From: Vermamoeba vermiformis | Lineage: Eukaryota | NCBI GenBank assembly: GCA_045837725.1 | Contig: JBEWZL010000294.1 | Span: 62,001-126,000, forward strand | Length of the DNA: 64,000 nucleotides | Direction of reading: 5' to 3' | Part shown: positions 42,001 through 54,500 of the stretch, one piece after another | Numbering within the stretch: position 1 is the first letter of the stretch | Layout of the letters: each line of letters starts with the position of its first letter | Notes under the pieces: model-generated | The model's input: the letters and a program-made list of their open reading frames with translations, nothing else | Told to the model about the DNA's origin: nothing | The model's database searches: none | Made by a program: the position numbers and the translations under genes

Positions 42001-42968
42001 TAGTCTCATCTGCGTTGACATCAAAGCTCCAAATTTCGCTGCGGTGTCCAATGACTGTTTGTACGCAGTGTTGGGTCTGTAAGTCCCATACTTTGAGAAA
42101 AGTATCTTTCGAGGACGAGACTAGGGCTTTTGTTTGTTCCAAAAACTTCAAATCTGTAATGGCGTTCTTGTGGCCTCGAAGTCTATTCGAAATCGTTATT
42201 ATCAATGCCTTTAATTAAATATATTCCCCTCTAATATATGAACATTCAAATAAGGGCGGTTTATTGAATAAATTTTCTCGATCGCGATCCGTTATTACTT
42301 CCAATAATTTTTACACGATTATTATTGTCGTAATTATTGTATAAATAATATATAGAATAAAAATACAATAATGTGGCAATTAAAATAATGATTATTGTTT
42401 TGGATCGGATCGAGCGTTGTTAATTTAATTTTGTAATTACCTGTATAGACCAGTCTCAGCGACTATATCCCAAACAACTATATCTGTGTCTTTAGAGCCC
42501 GATGCTAATAGAGAACCAGACTTGTTGAAACATAACGCTGTAATCTCAGATCTGTGACCCTTGAAAGTCGATTTTATCTTGTTATCTGTCAAGCTCCAAA
42601 TTTTAATCGAGCCGTCAGAGTATCTAGATTATATATTATAATTAGTAAGCGTATTATTTATATTTTTAGATTTAATTATGAATTTCTGTCTCGCGATCGC
42701 GATTTGGATTTGACGCTTACCCAGCGGCTAATTGCTTCTTATTAGGACTAAGACATAGATGTGTGACTATAGATTGTTTTTTTCTATCAGGATTGTCTTC
42801 TTTCAATACTGTTTGAACAACGCCTCGCCGTATGCTCCAGATCAAGATTTGTTCCAAAGCAGCGCTAATAACTAATTTGCCGGTGCCATCGAATATAACA
42901 TTGCAAGGCAAGGTATTAATAAGACCAAAGCTGGCCTTATTCGCGTAACGCTGATAAATCTTCACCAT
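39044..42968 (-). CDS. WDR3: WD-repeat SSU processome protein WDR3/UTP12/Dip2
   Basis: MVKIYQRY N-terminus, many GH..WD repeats, [45 protein letters not shown], and C-terminal Utp12 domain LEEALLMLTF...DIIGFNKAAM. Confidence 0.93.
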
Positions 42969-43401
42969 TGTGTGCGATCCGACCCAAAAATATTAAAAAT
43001 GACATTACAAACAGCTGCAGGTCCATTTGAACATATAAACGTGGGTCCCAACAGGTCAATAGCTATAGTTTTATCCGACATAATCAGTGTTATAGTTCTG
43101 CAATCAAGATTCGAATGAAAGAAATTTTCGGAAAAGATCCGCCCTCGAATATCGCTAAATGACCCAATAACGAAAAATATTTAATCTTTTATATCCATTT
43201 GTTCATTTTACGGCAAAGCGGAGCTGGAGCAGTTTGCAGACTCGGAGATCTAAAGTCACGTGCCAGCGTAACAACTTTTTTAAGTTTGGGACCAATGCGG
43301 ATTTCACTCGTTAGGTTCCCGCACACATCAGTCAGCACAAGCAGTTGTACATATATATTGTTTCATGCACTTGTAAATAACTGAGGCAGATCCACCGTGC
43401 A

Positions 43402-45611
43402 ATGTCTAGCGCAAATTATTACCACGTTCTTGGCGTTGCTCAAGACGCAACTGCAGAGCAAATTAAATCAGCGTATAGGTATATATATTTCCTAGCATCA
43501 TATTCAATTTTAAACTGTTTTGATTGCGGATTTCAAAATGAATTAATTCTGTTTAATAGGAAACTAGCTGTAAAATATCACCCGGATAAAAATCCCGATG
43601 GAGAAGAAACAGTAAGCATATTTAAAAATAATAGGAATTATTTTCAGGTTATGTGACGGAGAATCTTTTTGTTTCCTTCGGATCTTCACAGCGGGAATAA
43701 TCTTGATACCATTTAAACGCCTATTAATAATACAATAATGTATATCATATTGATAAGATAATTTTAACGCGAAGGATCAACGTCTTATTGAAGTTATAAA
43801 TGTCATTTTTAGATCGCATCCAGAATTCTTTTTGTTCCGCTCATATACCGCTAAAACAATTCTTGAAATACTTAATACTAACATTCTATGTAGTTTAAGC
43901 AAATTACAAAGGCCTACAGCACGTTATCTGACCCTCGTCGGCGGATGGTGTACGATCAGTTCGGTGAAGAAGCAGCGCAGAAGCATGAACAAGCTGAGAC
44001 CGTGCAATATCAACGCGCCACTGACCAAGAAGTCTGGGGCCAATGGCTCACATTCATATTGCAGTACGCTGCCTGTTTATTTTTTGATTGGCTGTTCTCG
44101 ATCCCGCTCGAATGGTAAGTCAATTAGGAACCATGAAAATTGTATAGGGATAGTATATATACATTACAATCACTATAATTTGTCGTTAGAATAACTGCCC
44201 GTAAATATTTCGGGTCGCGTAATAAGTTTTTTAACGAGTTTTTTATCCGTGAACGAAAAATGACCCGAATTTAATCAAATACACTATCCATCATGACTTT
44301 ATTATAGATATATGACATATACTTATGAAAATACGATACTAATTAGTTTTTTCGGGATCTAGGTTGATTGCGGGCTATTACACGATTTCAGCAGCATTTA
44401 ATTCAAACACGAATCAAAAGAGCTATTTGATCATTTTATTCGGCTTGAATTTTGTGTTTTATTTCTTAATTTCGTACGAGCACCGCGCTATTATCGCCAA
44501 TTTAATGTTATTGGCTGCTGCGTTGACCAACGTCAATACTTACGTAAGTTTCGAGGCTAATAAGGTACTAATAGTGTTTATATTAACATTTGTGTATTAG
44601 AGAAAATATACTGACTCGTCATTTGGCATTTGGGTCGTTTTGGCAGGTACGATAAAAAAGCAAAATATTATTTCCTTTTATGGTAATTAACGTCATTTTA
44701 TTACTAGCCATCGAATTGTTTGTTCGAAATGTGCCGCAACGGTGGACGATCTTAGCAGTGAATGCTATGGCTTTATCCGTCCTGTCTATTGCTAACTCCG
44801 CATTTTTCTTCAAACTTTATTTCGTCATTGAGGTACGTCGCTAAATTAATCATAAAATTTTTATTAAATAATAATAATGTTATATTTGCAGCCTAAACCA
44901 TCCAAACTGCTCAAACTTGTCAGAATTGCTTGGAAACCCTTGGGCAAGTTGTTCGACTCGTTCAATTCATTTCCAATCCTGTCCTTGCTGCTCTTTGTGC
45001 CTGTTTGGATCGTGGACAGAGTGTTTGGCTTCAACATTGAATGGACAGTATTTCCTTTTTTGGGCATCGCTCAGACAGTAGTAATGTTGGTCACGGGAAA
45101 TATCAAGGGCTCGCTACTCTCAGCAGTCATTTCTGAAGTGGTCGCGGCTGTCATTTATTACTTGGTCCCGGCCTTTATCTTCCCCACACTAGTCAATAGC
45201 GTTATATATTTGTGGGTCTTGTGGGCCGTGTACTTGATCCAGTGCGTCACGAAGATTGAAGAAGCAAAAGAAAAGCTGAAAAAAGACAAAGAAAGCGGCA
45301 AAACTGACGTCTCGGAGAAAGATATTACCATAGACACTACAGTAAGCAAGAGCTACTATATTGTTTTCTTGTTTTACGTAATCTACGATCTGCTCATCCG
45401 AACGACTTACTCGGCGGAATGGTACAAACTTGGTGCGCATACAGTAGCCTGGTCGTTGCCCTTATTACCTCTATTTGTTGGATTTATTGAAGATATGTTG
45501 AGCGATTTGAAGAAGAAATCAAATGGCGAAGAATCAAACGAGAAAGAAAATAGCGGTGGATCTCGATCTACTGTCGCTGAAGATAATAATTCAACGACGA
45601 CTTCAAACTAA
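43402..45611 (+). CDS. DnaJ-domain multi-pass membrane protein
   Basis: NYYHVLGV...IKSAYRKLAVKYHPDKNP...FKQITKAYSTLSDPRRRMVYD, followed by many hydrophobic segments. Confidence 0.85.
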
Positions 45612-45757
45612 CATAAAACAACCTTTTAATTGTACACAGTTCCTATCAACATTGTTGTTTACAAGCGCAGAAATAGTTGCAAAGAATAGATCAAGGTCAA
45701 GTAAGCAAAATTTTGATTTATTTCGCTTGAATTAGTTAAAAATAATTACTACAATGT

Positions 45758-46612
45758 TTAATGATTGGCAGGCACACTGTCGTCGAAGTTAGTTGAGTAC
45801 ATAATGTCCTTGTACTGCTCCCATTCAGTCGTCAATTTGTTGAAGTGCTGCAAGAGCCATTGATGCGAATCTCCGCCAATAGGAATGTGTACGGGAGGAT
45901 TTTCTAGCGCAAGAACCTTTTCAATGGCGATGGCAAACTTGACCGGATCTCCAGGCTGTTTGTCCTTGTGCCCCGCCATGCCAGCCAAAGCTTGCTTAAC
46001 GACTTCGTAGTCTTTAATATCTTCTCCTTTCGGGAACGTAGCGTTGTCTGCTAGTTTAGTTCTGAACAGCCCAGTCTCAACGATTGTGACACGAATGCCA
46101 ATCGGAGCCACTTCCGCTGCGAGGGCCTCAGAAAAACCACTTAGTGCGTGCTTGCTAGCGCAGTAGAATGAGATGGCGGGGATGGATACCATGCCCAGTG
46201 TCGAGCTTATTTGAATAATTCTGCCGCTGCGTTGTTTGCGCATGATAGGCAGGACTGCTTGGGTCATGAACACAGCGCCAAAGAAGTTGGTGTCGAACAG
46301 TTTGCGGATCTCTTCTTCTTTGGAATTCTCGACTGCATTGGCAATAGAGAATGCAGCGTTGTTGATGAGTACGTCGATACGACCAAATTTTTCAAGCGTT
46401 TTGGTAATGGCGTTGTTGATTGAAGTTTTGTCGCTCACATCCAGCGATAAGGCAAGACCAGTTTGAGGAAATCTTCGTTCAAAATCTGCGACTTTAGACA
46501 CGTCTCTAGCTGTAGCTACTACGTGCTGTCCTACGGTCAAAAAGTGTTCTGCGAGTGAATAGCCCAGACCACTAGAGCATCCGGTAATAAGAATGACTTG
46601 CTTCGCTGACAT
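45758..46612 (-). CDS. Classical short-chain dehydrogenase/reductase, intronless
   Basis: ITGCSSGLG, GRIDVLINNA, IIQISS, YCASK and ETGLFRT. Confidence 0.93.
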   Translation of the reverse strand: MSAKQVILITGCSSGLGYSLAEHFLTVGQHVVATARDVSKVADFERRFPQTGLALSLDVSDKTSINNAITKTLEKFGRIDVLINNAAFSIANAVENSKEEEIRKLFDTNFFGAVFMTQAVLPIMRKQRSGRIIQISSTLGMVSIPAISFYCASKHALSGFSEALAAEVAPIGIRVTIVETGLFRTKLADNATFPKGEDIKDYEVVKQALAGMAGHKDKQPGDPVKFAIAIEKVLALENPPVHIPIGGDSHQWLLQHFNKLTTEWEQYKDIMYSTNFDDSVPANH

Positions 46613-46958
46613 TTCGATTTGTTATTTAGCTTTGTTGATTTGTTTGTTAATGAAACAATACTATTATGACTTGCATTTATATTGTACTGTCCGGCAAAAA
46701 GGATAGCAGGTTCCGTTTCACCGGTGCCAGGAGAAACGGAAAAATCACACTTGGTCAGCTTTTTTCCGAGATCTTCGGACATTCCATTTTGAACGTATTA
46801 AACATATGGCCTGCTACGTCCTATTTACAGATCAGATCAGAGAAATCGATTCTGTCGTGCCAGTTTCGCCCTAAACCTTGTATGGTACAAATTTGCTCAC
46901 CGTAAAAGCTACCGAACACCATAGTCCTAATAACAGGCGCAGGTCATGGTTTTATTTC

Positions 46959-49176
46959 TTAGAAATAATCAGCCGAGCGTTCAGCACTCAACGACACGGC
47001 CTTCAAGTTCTGCAAGATAGCGTAGTCTCGTTCATTTGTCAGCTCTGCTTCACGTGCTTCTAATTGGCCGCGCTTCTTAGTGAGTTCAGCATTCACTGCT
47101 GGGGGCAAATTGATTCGTCTGCAAATACAAGTACGGATCAGTTTTGGATCTCGGCTGGATCAACAGTTGTTCAAGGACTTACTTCAGCGTCAGATTAGCC
47201 AGTATCTCCAACACACCCTCGACAGTCATAGCAGGACAGCCGAATATATCGAGTGTGTTCAAATTCTGACAATGTGCCGCTACGTGATGCAAGGTCTCGT
47301 CGCTCAACAGCACGCACTGCTCAATGTGCAAGTCCATCAGATCTGGCAAACCTAAACAAGAGAATTCATAAGACTACATCATCTAATATTAACTAGTACC
47401 TTTTAGCACTGCCTCCATGCCCGCATCCGTTACATTGGTGTTCTTGTACAGATCCAGCGCTCGGACTGATTTGCAAGCCTTGGCAATACGATGCAAACTG
47501 ATTATAATATTAGCAAGTGATGTAGGTGATTATATTAATGGTCTTACGTAACATCGGTGATATTAACGCGATACAAGTTCATATTCAAGATATTTCGGCC
47601 CACGTTCGGATTCTGCAACACTTCAAACGCCGCGTCATTGATGCTCGTTTGTGCAAATGCCACTGAAATCAATTTGTGACAGTTGTTCAACAGCTCTGAG
47701 ACACCTACATTGATCGGTTAGAAAGTTGGCTCAAGTGTCAAAAAATGACATTGACACGTGTCACATAAGCTACGTACTCGCGTCAGTAATGGCTGAATTA
47801 TCGGCAAAGTCAATGCGCATCAAATTCTTGGAGCAATTTTGAGCCACTGCAAATATAGCTTGGTCGGACAAGAGCGGCAATCCAGCCAGGCCAACTAATT
47901 GAAGAACAATCAGACTCAAACACTCTTCTCAAGCACAGTGGTCACTTACGTGTGGTTAATTGTTTGCATCCGCGAGTCAATTCGATGATCGCCTGGTCGT
48001 TGACCTTCTCCGACGAAGACAAGAAGATGTGTTCCAAGTTCTTGCAGTACTTTGACATGGCTACAATGCCCACTTCATCCAACAACGGACAATTGGACAG
48101 ATTGCATCGCACGAGGCGAGTCAAATGAGGTGCTGCAGCTGCGACACTAAACAACGTGAGGGATGAGTTACTGATATGAGACTAAGGACAACGTACTCTT
48201 TGCTCGTCAAAGTGACGCATGAAAACAAATTGACATCTTCCACGGCATCGCAAGTCTGCAAGAACTCGCTGACGGACTGACCCTCGAGCTGCAAATAAGA
48301 CAGATGAGTACTCGTTCATGAATGATCAAAGAACTCGCGACGAACCTGAGGACAGCGTAACAATGACACTGTATGCAACTTTGACGGATGCACTTTTACA
48401 TCTGTCACATTTTGAATTTTCTTCAATGACTTGCATTCTGACGCGTCCAACATGACCAAATTAGGTGCATCTAAAATAAGCTCGTTGAAATTGCACGTGA
48501 CATTCAACATTAGCGTTTTAAGCGAATCGTTCTTAATCAGAAGAGACCCTAGTATAGTATAAGTATAGTAACAATAATATAGACCAATTTTACCCTTGAT
48601 TTCAGAGCATCGCTCCACGTGCAACTCTTCCAAATGTTTGCACGCTTGTACGAAGGGTGCGATGGACTGCTCGGTAAGTCTTGAACAATAGGACACATCT
48701 ACTCGACGCAGCGAAGGGCAGCCTTTGGCTATTTCAAGTAGGATCTCGTCGGTGACTCTGAAACATCCGCGTAGTGAGAGATCTTGGATGTGACTGCCAT
48801 ATTTTGCAATAATACGCAGAGCTTTAGGATCAATATGTGCGTGATTTTCAATATGAAACGTTGTTAAAGGATGACTTTTCAATAACAACGACAGATTGTG
48901 CTCGTTAGCGAGTCTTCTGCGGATTAAATATTGTAACATCATTTGGCACAATTCCTAGTAATATATGACGTCATTAATTTTGATAAAATTGAATTACGTG
49001 GTAGATTCTAAATATCGAAATTGAAAGATTTTTGTTTGTCCAATAAATCGTCTTACCTCCGGTAAACCAGTTGTATTCTGATCTAATAATTTATCCGAAT
49101 TTTTTCCAATGCATTCGAAGCATTTTTCTTTCAGATTCGCTGTTAAGGTAAATGATCTGTTTGCTCGAGCGTTCAT
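46959..49176 (-). CDS. Leucine-rich-repeat protein (cysteine-containing, FBXL/AMN1-like repeats)
   Basis: Repeated LxLxxCxxITD units (LSLRGCFRVTD, VDVSYCSRLTE, CNLSNCPLLDE, LHIEQCVLLSD); TAA at 46959-46961; start inferred at 49176. Confidence 0.8.
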
Positions 49177-49361
49177 TGTCGAGCGGTATGTCTCCAAACT
49201 ACTAAATAAGTGGGATAGATTATGTGGTAATAATCTCAAACTGAATCAGCAATAAAGCGCGGAGTTTGTTTGCTTTGCTTCCTTTTGCCGCCTTTTTACG
49301 TTCCAAAATTTTGAAATGCATTTCGCTTTTGAGTCGATTATTCAAACCACAAGTCAACAGA

Positions 49362-51368
49362 ATGGATCTCTTTGGTCTATTAATACACGTTAAGCATCCT
49401 AGCGTTGACGGAAAATACTTAAAGCTTCGTAGAGACAACGTTGTTGGAAGGTAACGGTCGACAAGATCACCGATGCGAATCCGTCTCTGACGCAATTTAT
49501 TTATTAAATAGTGGTAATGGCTCGAACATTCGTATAACTAGCTTAAAATTGGACGCTACTCACTTCAGAATTGCATTTGATTCTAAAAATCAGGTAAGCA
49601 AAAATGACCGAAAAAATAATTCTATATTGCTTTATCTTACAAATAAGGACTATTATGCACCCTTTAAATAATACCATAAACAATTAAATAATATTTTATT
49701 TCTAGAGCTTTATCAAAACACTTTGTGGCGAAGGTTTCGAACCACCTTTATTGAACGGAAAGTAAGTCATTATTCGTTGCTATATATTTAATTCAGCTTT
49801 AAATATCAACCTATATTAACTATTAATATTTAAGGCCGGTACCTGCAGACAAGTTGACGCCGATCAGCCACTTAGACATTATCAAAGTCAACAACGTTTC
49901 ATTCCGTTTCGAAGAAGGTAATTAATCGCGAATATACTTGCCATCTACTATATAAGATGCTAATTATAATGCTTTAGCGGCGATGTTGGACGCAGCAGAT
50001 CCGCGTCGAGTAATGAGCCCTGCGAGCAACAAGACATCACAGACGATTGAACTGTCGCCGTTGAAAGAGCAGCCTGACGCACGTGGCAAGAAACGATCGA
50101 TCGACAATGTGGCGCAAGAAGACACCAACACACGTGTCACAGAGTCACCTGTCAAGAAATTGAAGGCCAGCCACGACAAGACCCCGTCATCGCCTGTCAA
50201 TAACAACAACAATAACAACAACAGAGACGAGGACAAAGAGGAACAAAAGAGCCACGACGAGAGCGAAGATAAGATGGAAGAGGACGAGAAGGTCAAAGAG
50301 TCCGTAGAAGAAGAGGAACACAAATCTGAACACGAAGACAAAGAGGAGAAAGAAGAAAAGAGCGAAGACACAATTAAATCTGCGCCGCAAGACCAAGATG
50401 AAGATGAAGCTAAGAGCGAAGAAGAACAAAAAGAAGAGAAGAAAAAGAACGTCATTAAGACACCTGTCAAAACTTACAGCAGGAAGAGCACGAGTAATTT
50501 GAGCAGTGCTAGCAACAAATCCGCAAAGAGCACGAACAAAAACACGCAGAAATCTGTTGAAGAAAGCGAAGACGAACAGTCGGAAGAGAATGTCGAACAG
50601 AAAAACGAACGCAAAGGCAAGAAACAAGAGTCGCCAGCACAGAGCGAAGAGGAAGAAAAGAGCGCCGAAGAGGAGTCTGAAAAGGAAAACAAGAACAAAA
50701 AACACGGCAAAAAGAACAACAAGAATAAGAAGAACAAAGACGAGAGTGAAAAGTCCGAGGAGGAGTCTGTTGAGGACAAGAAAAAGGCTAATAATAAGAA
50801 CAATAAGCGCAATAAGAATAAGAAGACTAAAGATGAGAGCGAAGAAGAACAGTCCGAGCAGTCAGAATCAGCCGAAGACACGAAGAAAACGAACAAAAAT
50901 ACCAAGAAGAATAACAAACAGAAGAAACAAGAGTCTTCAGCGAGCAGTCAAGAAGAAGAACAGTCCTCGGCTGAAGAAAAAGAAGAGTCAGAGCAAGAAG
51001 AAGAACAGCCCAAGAACAACAAAAAGAACATGAAGAAAACTAACGGCAAGACGAACAAAAAAACTAAAGCCAAAGCCATGAACAAAAAACAAGCGGCCAA
51101 GAAAGTCGTCGAAGAGTCGAGTGGCGAGGACGAAGAGAATGACGCGAGCGAGGAACAGAGCGAGAGTGACAAGGAGAATGAGAAGCCGTCCAAGAACAAC
51201 AAGAAAAACAACACGAACAATAAGAAGGCAGGTACCAAGGTCTCGCCCGAGAAATCAAAAGACAAGAAGTTAGAGTTCGCGTGGGAGTCAAGAACATTTG
51301 CGAAGTATTGGAAACCCACTGTCTCGCGACGAACACGACAAAAACGTGCCTCGACCAAGTACAATTAG
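49362..51368 (+). CDS. Degenerate N-terminal FHA domain followed by a long E/K/N/S-rich disordered region
   Basis: Four short exons splice to MDLFGLLIHVKHPSVDGKYLKLRRDNVVGSGNGSNIRI..LDATHFRI...PPLLNGKPV...ISHLDIIKVNNVSFRFE, then join the 49983-51368 ORF in frame. Confidence 0.75.
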
Positions 51369-51560
51369 AGCGCTGACATAACGATCGTTATTATCATTGT
51401 AATTTAGTATTCTGCTTGTGGATTCTTGTCGGTATTAAACTTTATTATTTGAATCTAATTAGCCCTATAGCGGTGTTCAATAACTCGAGTTTATTCGTTA
51501 ATATGTTACAGTTTTTGTTTTGTTTTTCATGTTTGCAAGAAAAATGAATTTATAAATGGT

Positions 51561-54500
51561 TTAATCCCATTCACTGGCCGTGGCTTGAGGCTGTTCATAA
51601 GGTCTGTCCCATGAACTCGACGCCCAGCTCGAGCCTCCAGTATCACGTGACCGATAGTCATCACGACCGTTGTCCCTTCGACCGCCTCGATAATCTCCGC
51701 CACTGTGAAATCAAGTTAACAATCTGTTTGACACGTGTCAAAGTGAGTGTTCGACTTACCGATTGTAGTTGTCACGACGAGGGCCGCGAGGGTCAGTACG
51801 GCGTCGATCAGCAGGTGTAGCACGCGTGTCCCAATCGTTGCTGCCATAGCCACCGTCCCACTCGTTGTGCGGGGCCACAGGAGGAGCACCGGAACTCGTG
51901 GTAGGTCGCTTCTTCTGCGGGATTGGATCGTTGAAGTGACGCTTGAACCAGCCGACCAATTGATCGGGGTCTTTGAAAATCTTCTCGCGGAACTTGAAGC
52001 CCTCGGGGGTCAGGCCGATCGGCTCCTTTCGCAGCGAGTTGTTGGGAATGTAATAAATGACAAAACTGCCAGGGTTCTTGTAGTTCAGTCCAATCAGATA
52101 GGGAATGCGTTGAGGGTTGTTTTGCTTCTCTTCACGCAAGGCCTGTTCGATGGTGGTCTGATCGCCCTCCTTGTACTTGTTGTAGCTCACCATGTCGTTG
52201 GCATTCATCGCCATCGGATCGACAAAAGTGATGAACAACTCGTTCAAGTCTTCAAATGATCGACCCTCAATGGTGAGTTTCTTGCCTAACGTGTACGCGT
52301 TCTCCTTGCCCTCTTCCCTCACTTCGATGTTAGCGTAAAGACCGCCGTAGAACTTCCAAGTGATGGTCAAGTAGTTCGGGCCGCGACTTGACGGACGAAT
52401 CAAGTACTCGCCAGGCTCTTTGTCGGCCAAGTACTTAACGGCCTCTTCGTGAGTGATGTTCTTGAAGAACGGGTGTGCCACTGCACGGTGGTAAAATCGC
52501 GGCTTGCGGGCTTGAGCGCGCTTCTCTCGTGCAATTGCCTCGTCTTCAGCTGTTTGCATGTCAGAAGCACGTGTTGTGAGCACGACAAAGAATCGCTCTT
52601 TGTTGATCTCCTTGATCTTGGCTTGAATGGTCGAGCCTTGCATCTCTTCTTTGATGCGCGGCCAGTCATTGTTCCAGTCAAGGCCGCGGCGGTTGTCCGT
52701 GAACAACGAAACAGGAATCAAACCTGTCAGACCGTTGTCAAGAGCCACACGCACACCTTTCTCGCCAACATCGAGCACACGCACACTGACAATCTGACCC
52801 ACGGCCAAACTGTCACCAGACTCTCCAGTCAACAAGTCAAACACCTCTTCGAAAGTAGGATCGGCGTAAGGTTGTCTGCAGTCTAAGAAGGGAGCGTGGA
52901 ACTCTTCCTTCATGCGCTTGAGGGTCTCCAACTTCTTGGCTTGGAACTCTTCTTCCAAGTATTGCGCGCACATCACCAAGTCAATGTCGTCAAGCTTGGC
53001 AGGATCATCGACCAACTTGCGCACGTAATCAATGTTGTCGTCACCTTCACGCTCAGCGTCAATGGCGTCACGAGCAATCTTTTGAGCCAACTCGTAGTCG
53101 TCAGGATGAATGCGCATGTTGTCCAAAAAGTCTCCATCCTCGTTCTCTTCAGTGGTGTGGAAAATTCTCAAAAATGCCACGCAGTTGGTGTAAACACAAG
53201 AGTTCTGGCCAAGGACTTTTTGCAAGTCTTTACGGGATCTAATACGACCGCGCAAACCTTGCAACAAAGCTTGAGCTTTACGAGGACCTAGACCGCAGAC
53301 GAATTGCAGCAGAGGTTCAGTCCACTTGTGGTCCAAGACTCGGTTGATTTCAACACCAACAGAGTTGACAACAGCCAAGAACGGTCGCTCCAGACGTGCC
53401 AAGAGTTGATCTCTCGGGACCAATTCCTTCAAGGCGTGCAATGGCAGCGACGCAATTTCATTGTCTTGATTGCAGAGACCTGCAATTTCAGGCAACGGGT
53501 CCAACAGTCGTCGTGCAATTGACACAGCACGCAAGAGTCCAGAAGGATAGCCAGGGAACTCGTCTTTAGCTCGCTTCGAGTTAGCGTAGATGCGTGCAAT
53601 ATTGCTGTCAATGAATGTGATTGGCTTGGGCTTGAAGCTGTCATCCTCATCGCGCAACGATTGCATGCAACGTTCAATAAGTGTGTACAGGGTGCGAGTG
53701 CTGTAGCCGTCAGTACCCAACACCACAGCTGTCGGGTTGTGTTGACGAATAAATCTAGGTCAAGGTTAGTTAACTGTGATTAAACGGCTTCAATTAATAG
53801 AACTTACTCGGAAAGTCTCGTGGCTTCAGCATCACCAGCACGAGTGCTCGAAAGAATGTTGAACGACTCTTGAGCCTGCAGTTCACCTTCAGAGTCAATA
53901 AAAGCGGCGTAAGTAGGCTCTTCAAATCTGCCCCAAGAGAAGCCAATAATTGTGACTTCGGCATCCGTATCAACAGGTGCTGGCGCGTCCCATTCATCAG
54001 CGGGCTTGGGAGTAGGTGGTTGATAAGGTCCTTTCAATAACAACTTCTCCAAGTTCTGAGCGCACACCTTAGCGACATATTGAGTTGCTTCACGCTTCAG
54101 TTTTTCTTCGAGCTGAGCAGTCAAAAACTTGAAAATCTCGTCTTTGAGGTCATTCACAATCTTTCGACGAATTTCGTTCCACTTGCGTGCAACAGTGCTT
54201 GTGCTGTCGCTGAAGAAGAACTTCTCGATGTCGTAAGTCATGTCTGCCACCACTTGCTCGGGTAACTTGATCTCGTATGTAATTAATCCTTCGCGCTTGG
54301 CTTTGGTAATCTGCAAATAGAGTTCTGACGCGGAAAGTTCAACGATCATCTTGTCATGAATACCCTTCACAGCCTAAAATAGAAATTAGATCCGTGCATC
54401 CAATGCATATATCAGGTTAGAACTTACTCTAAGAGGGTGGAACTCATCGTTCAACTCTCGTCTGCCGTTAGCCGTCAACTCCGTGGAGATGACTGACTCC

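Noticed and set aside
49964-51364. Several long overlapping minus-strand and alternative-frame ORFs
   Set aside because: They are shadows of the low-complexity plus-strand exon, which has few stops in other frames.
51561-51870. Trp-containing SPT6 tail as a GW/WG Argonaute hook
   Set aside because: Only a few W residues, mostly WD, which is too few to support the claim.
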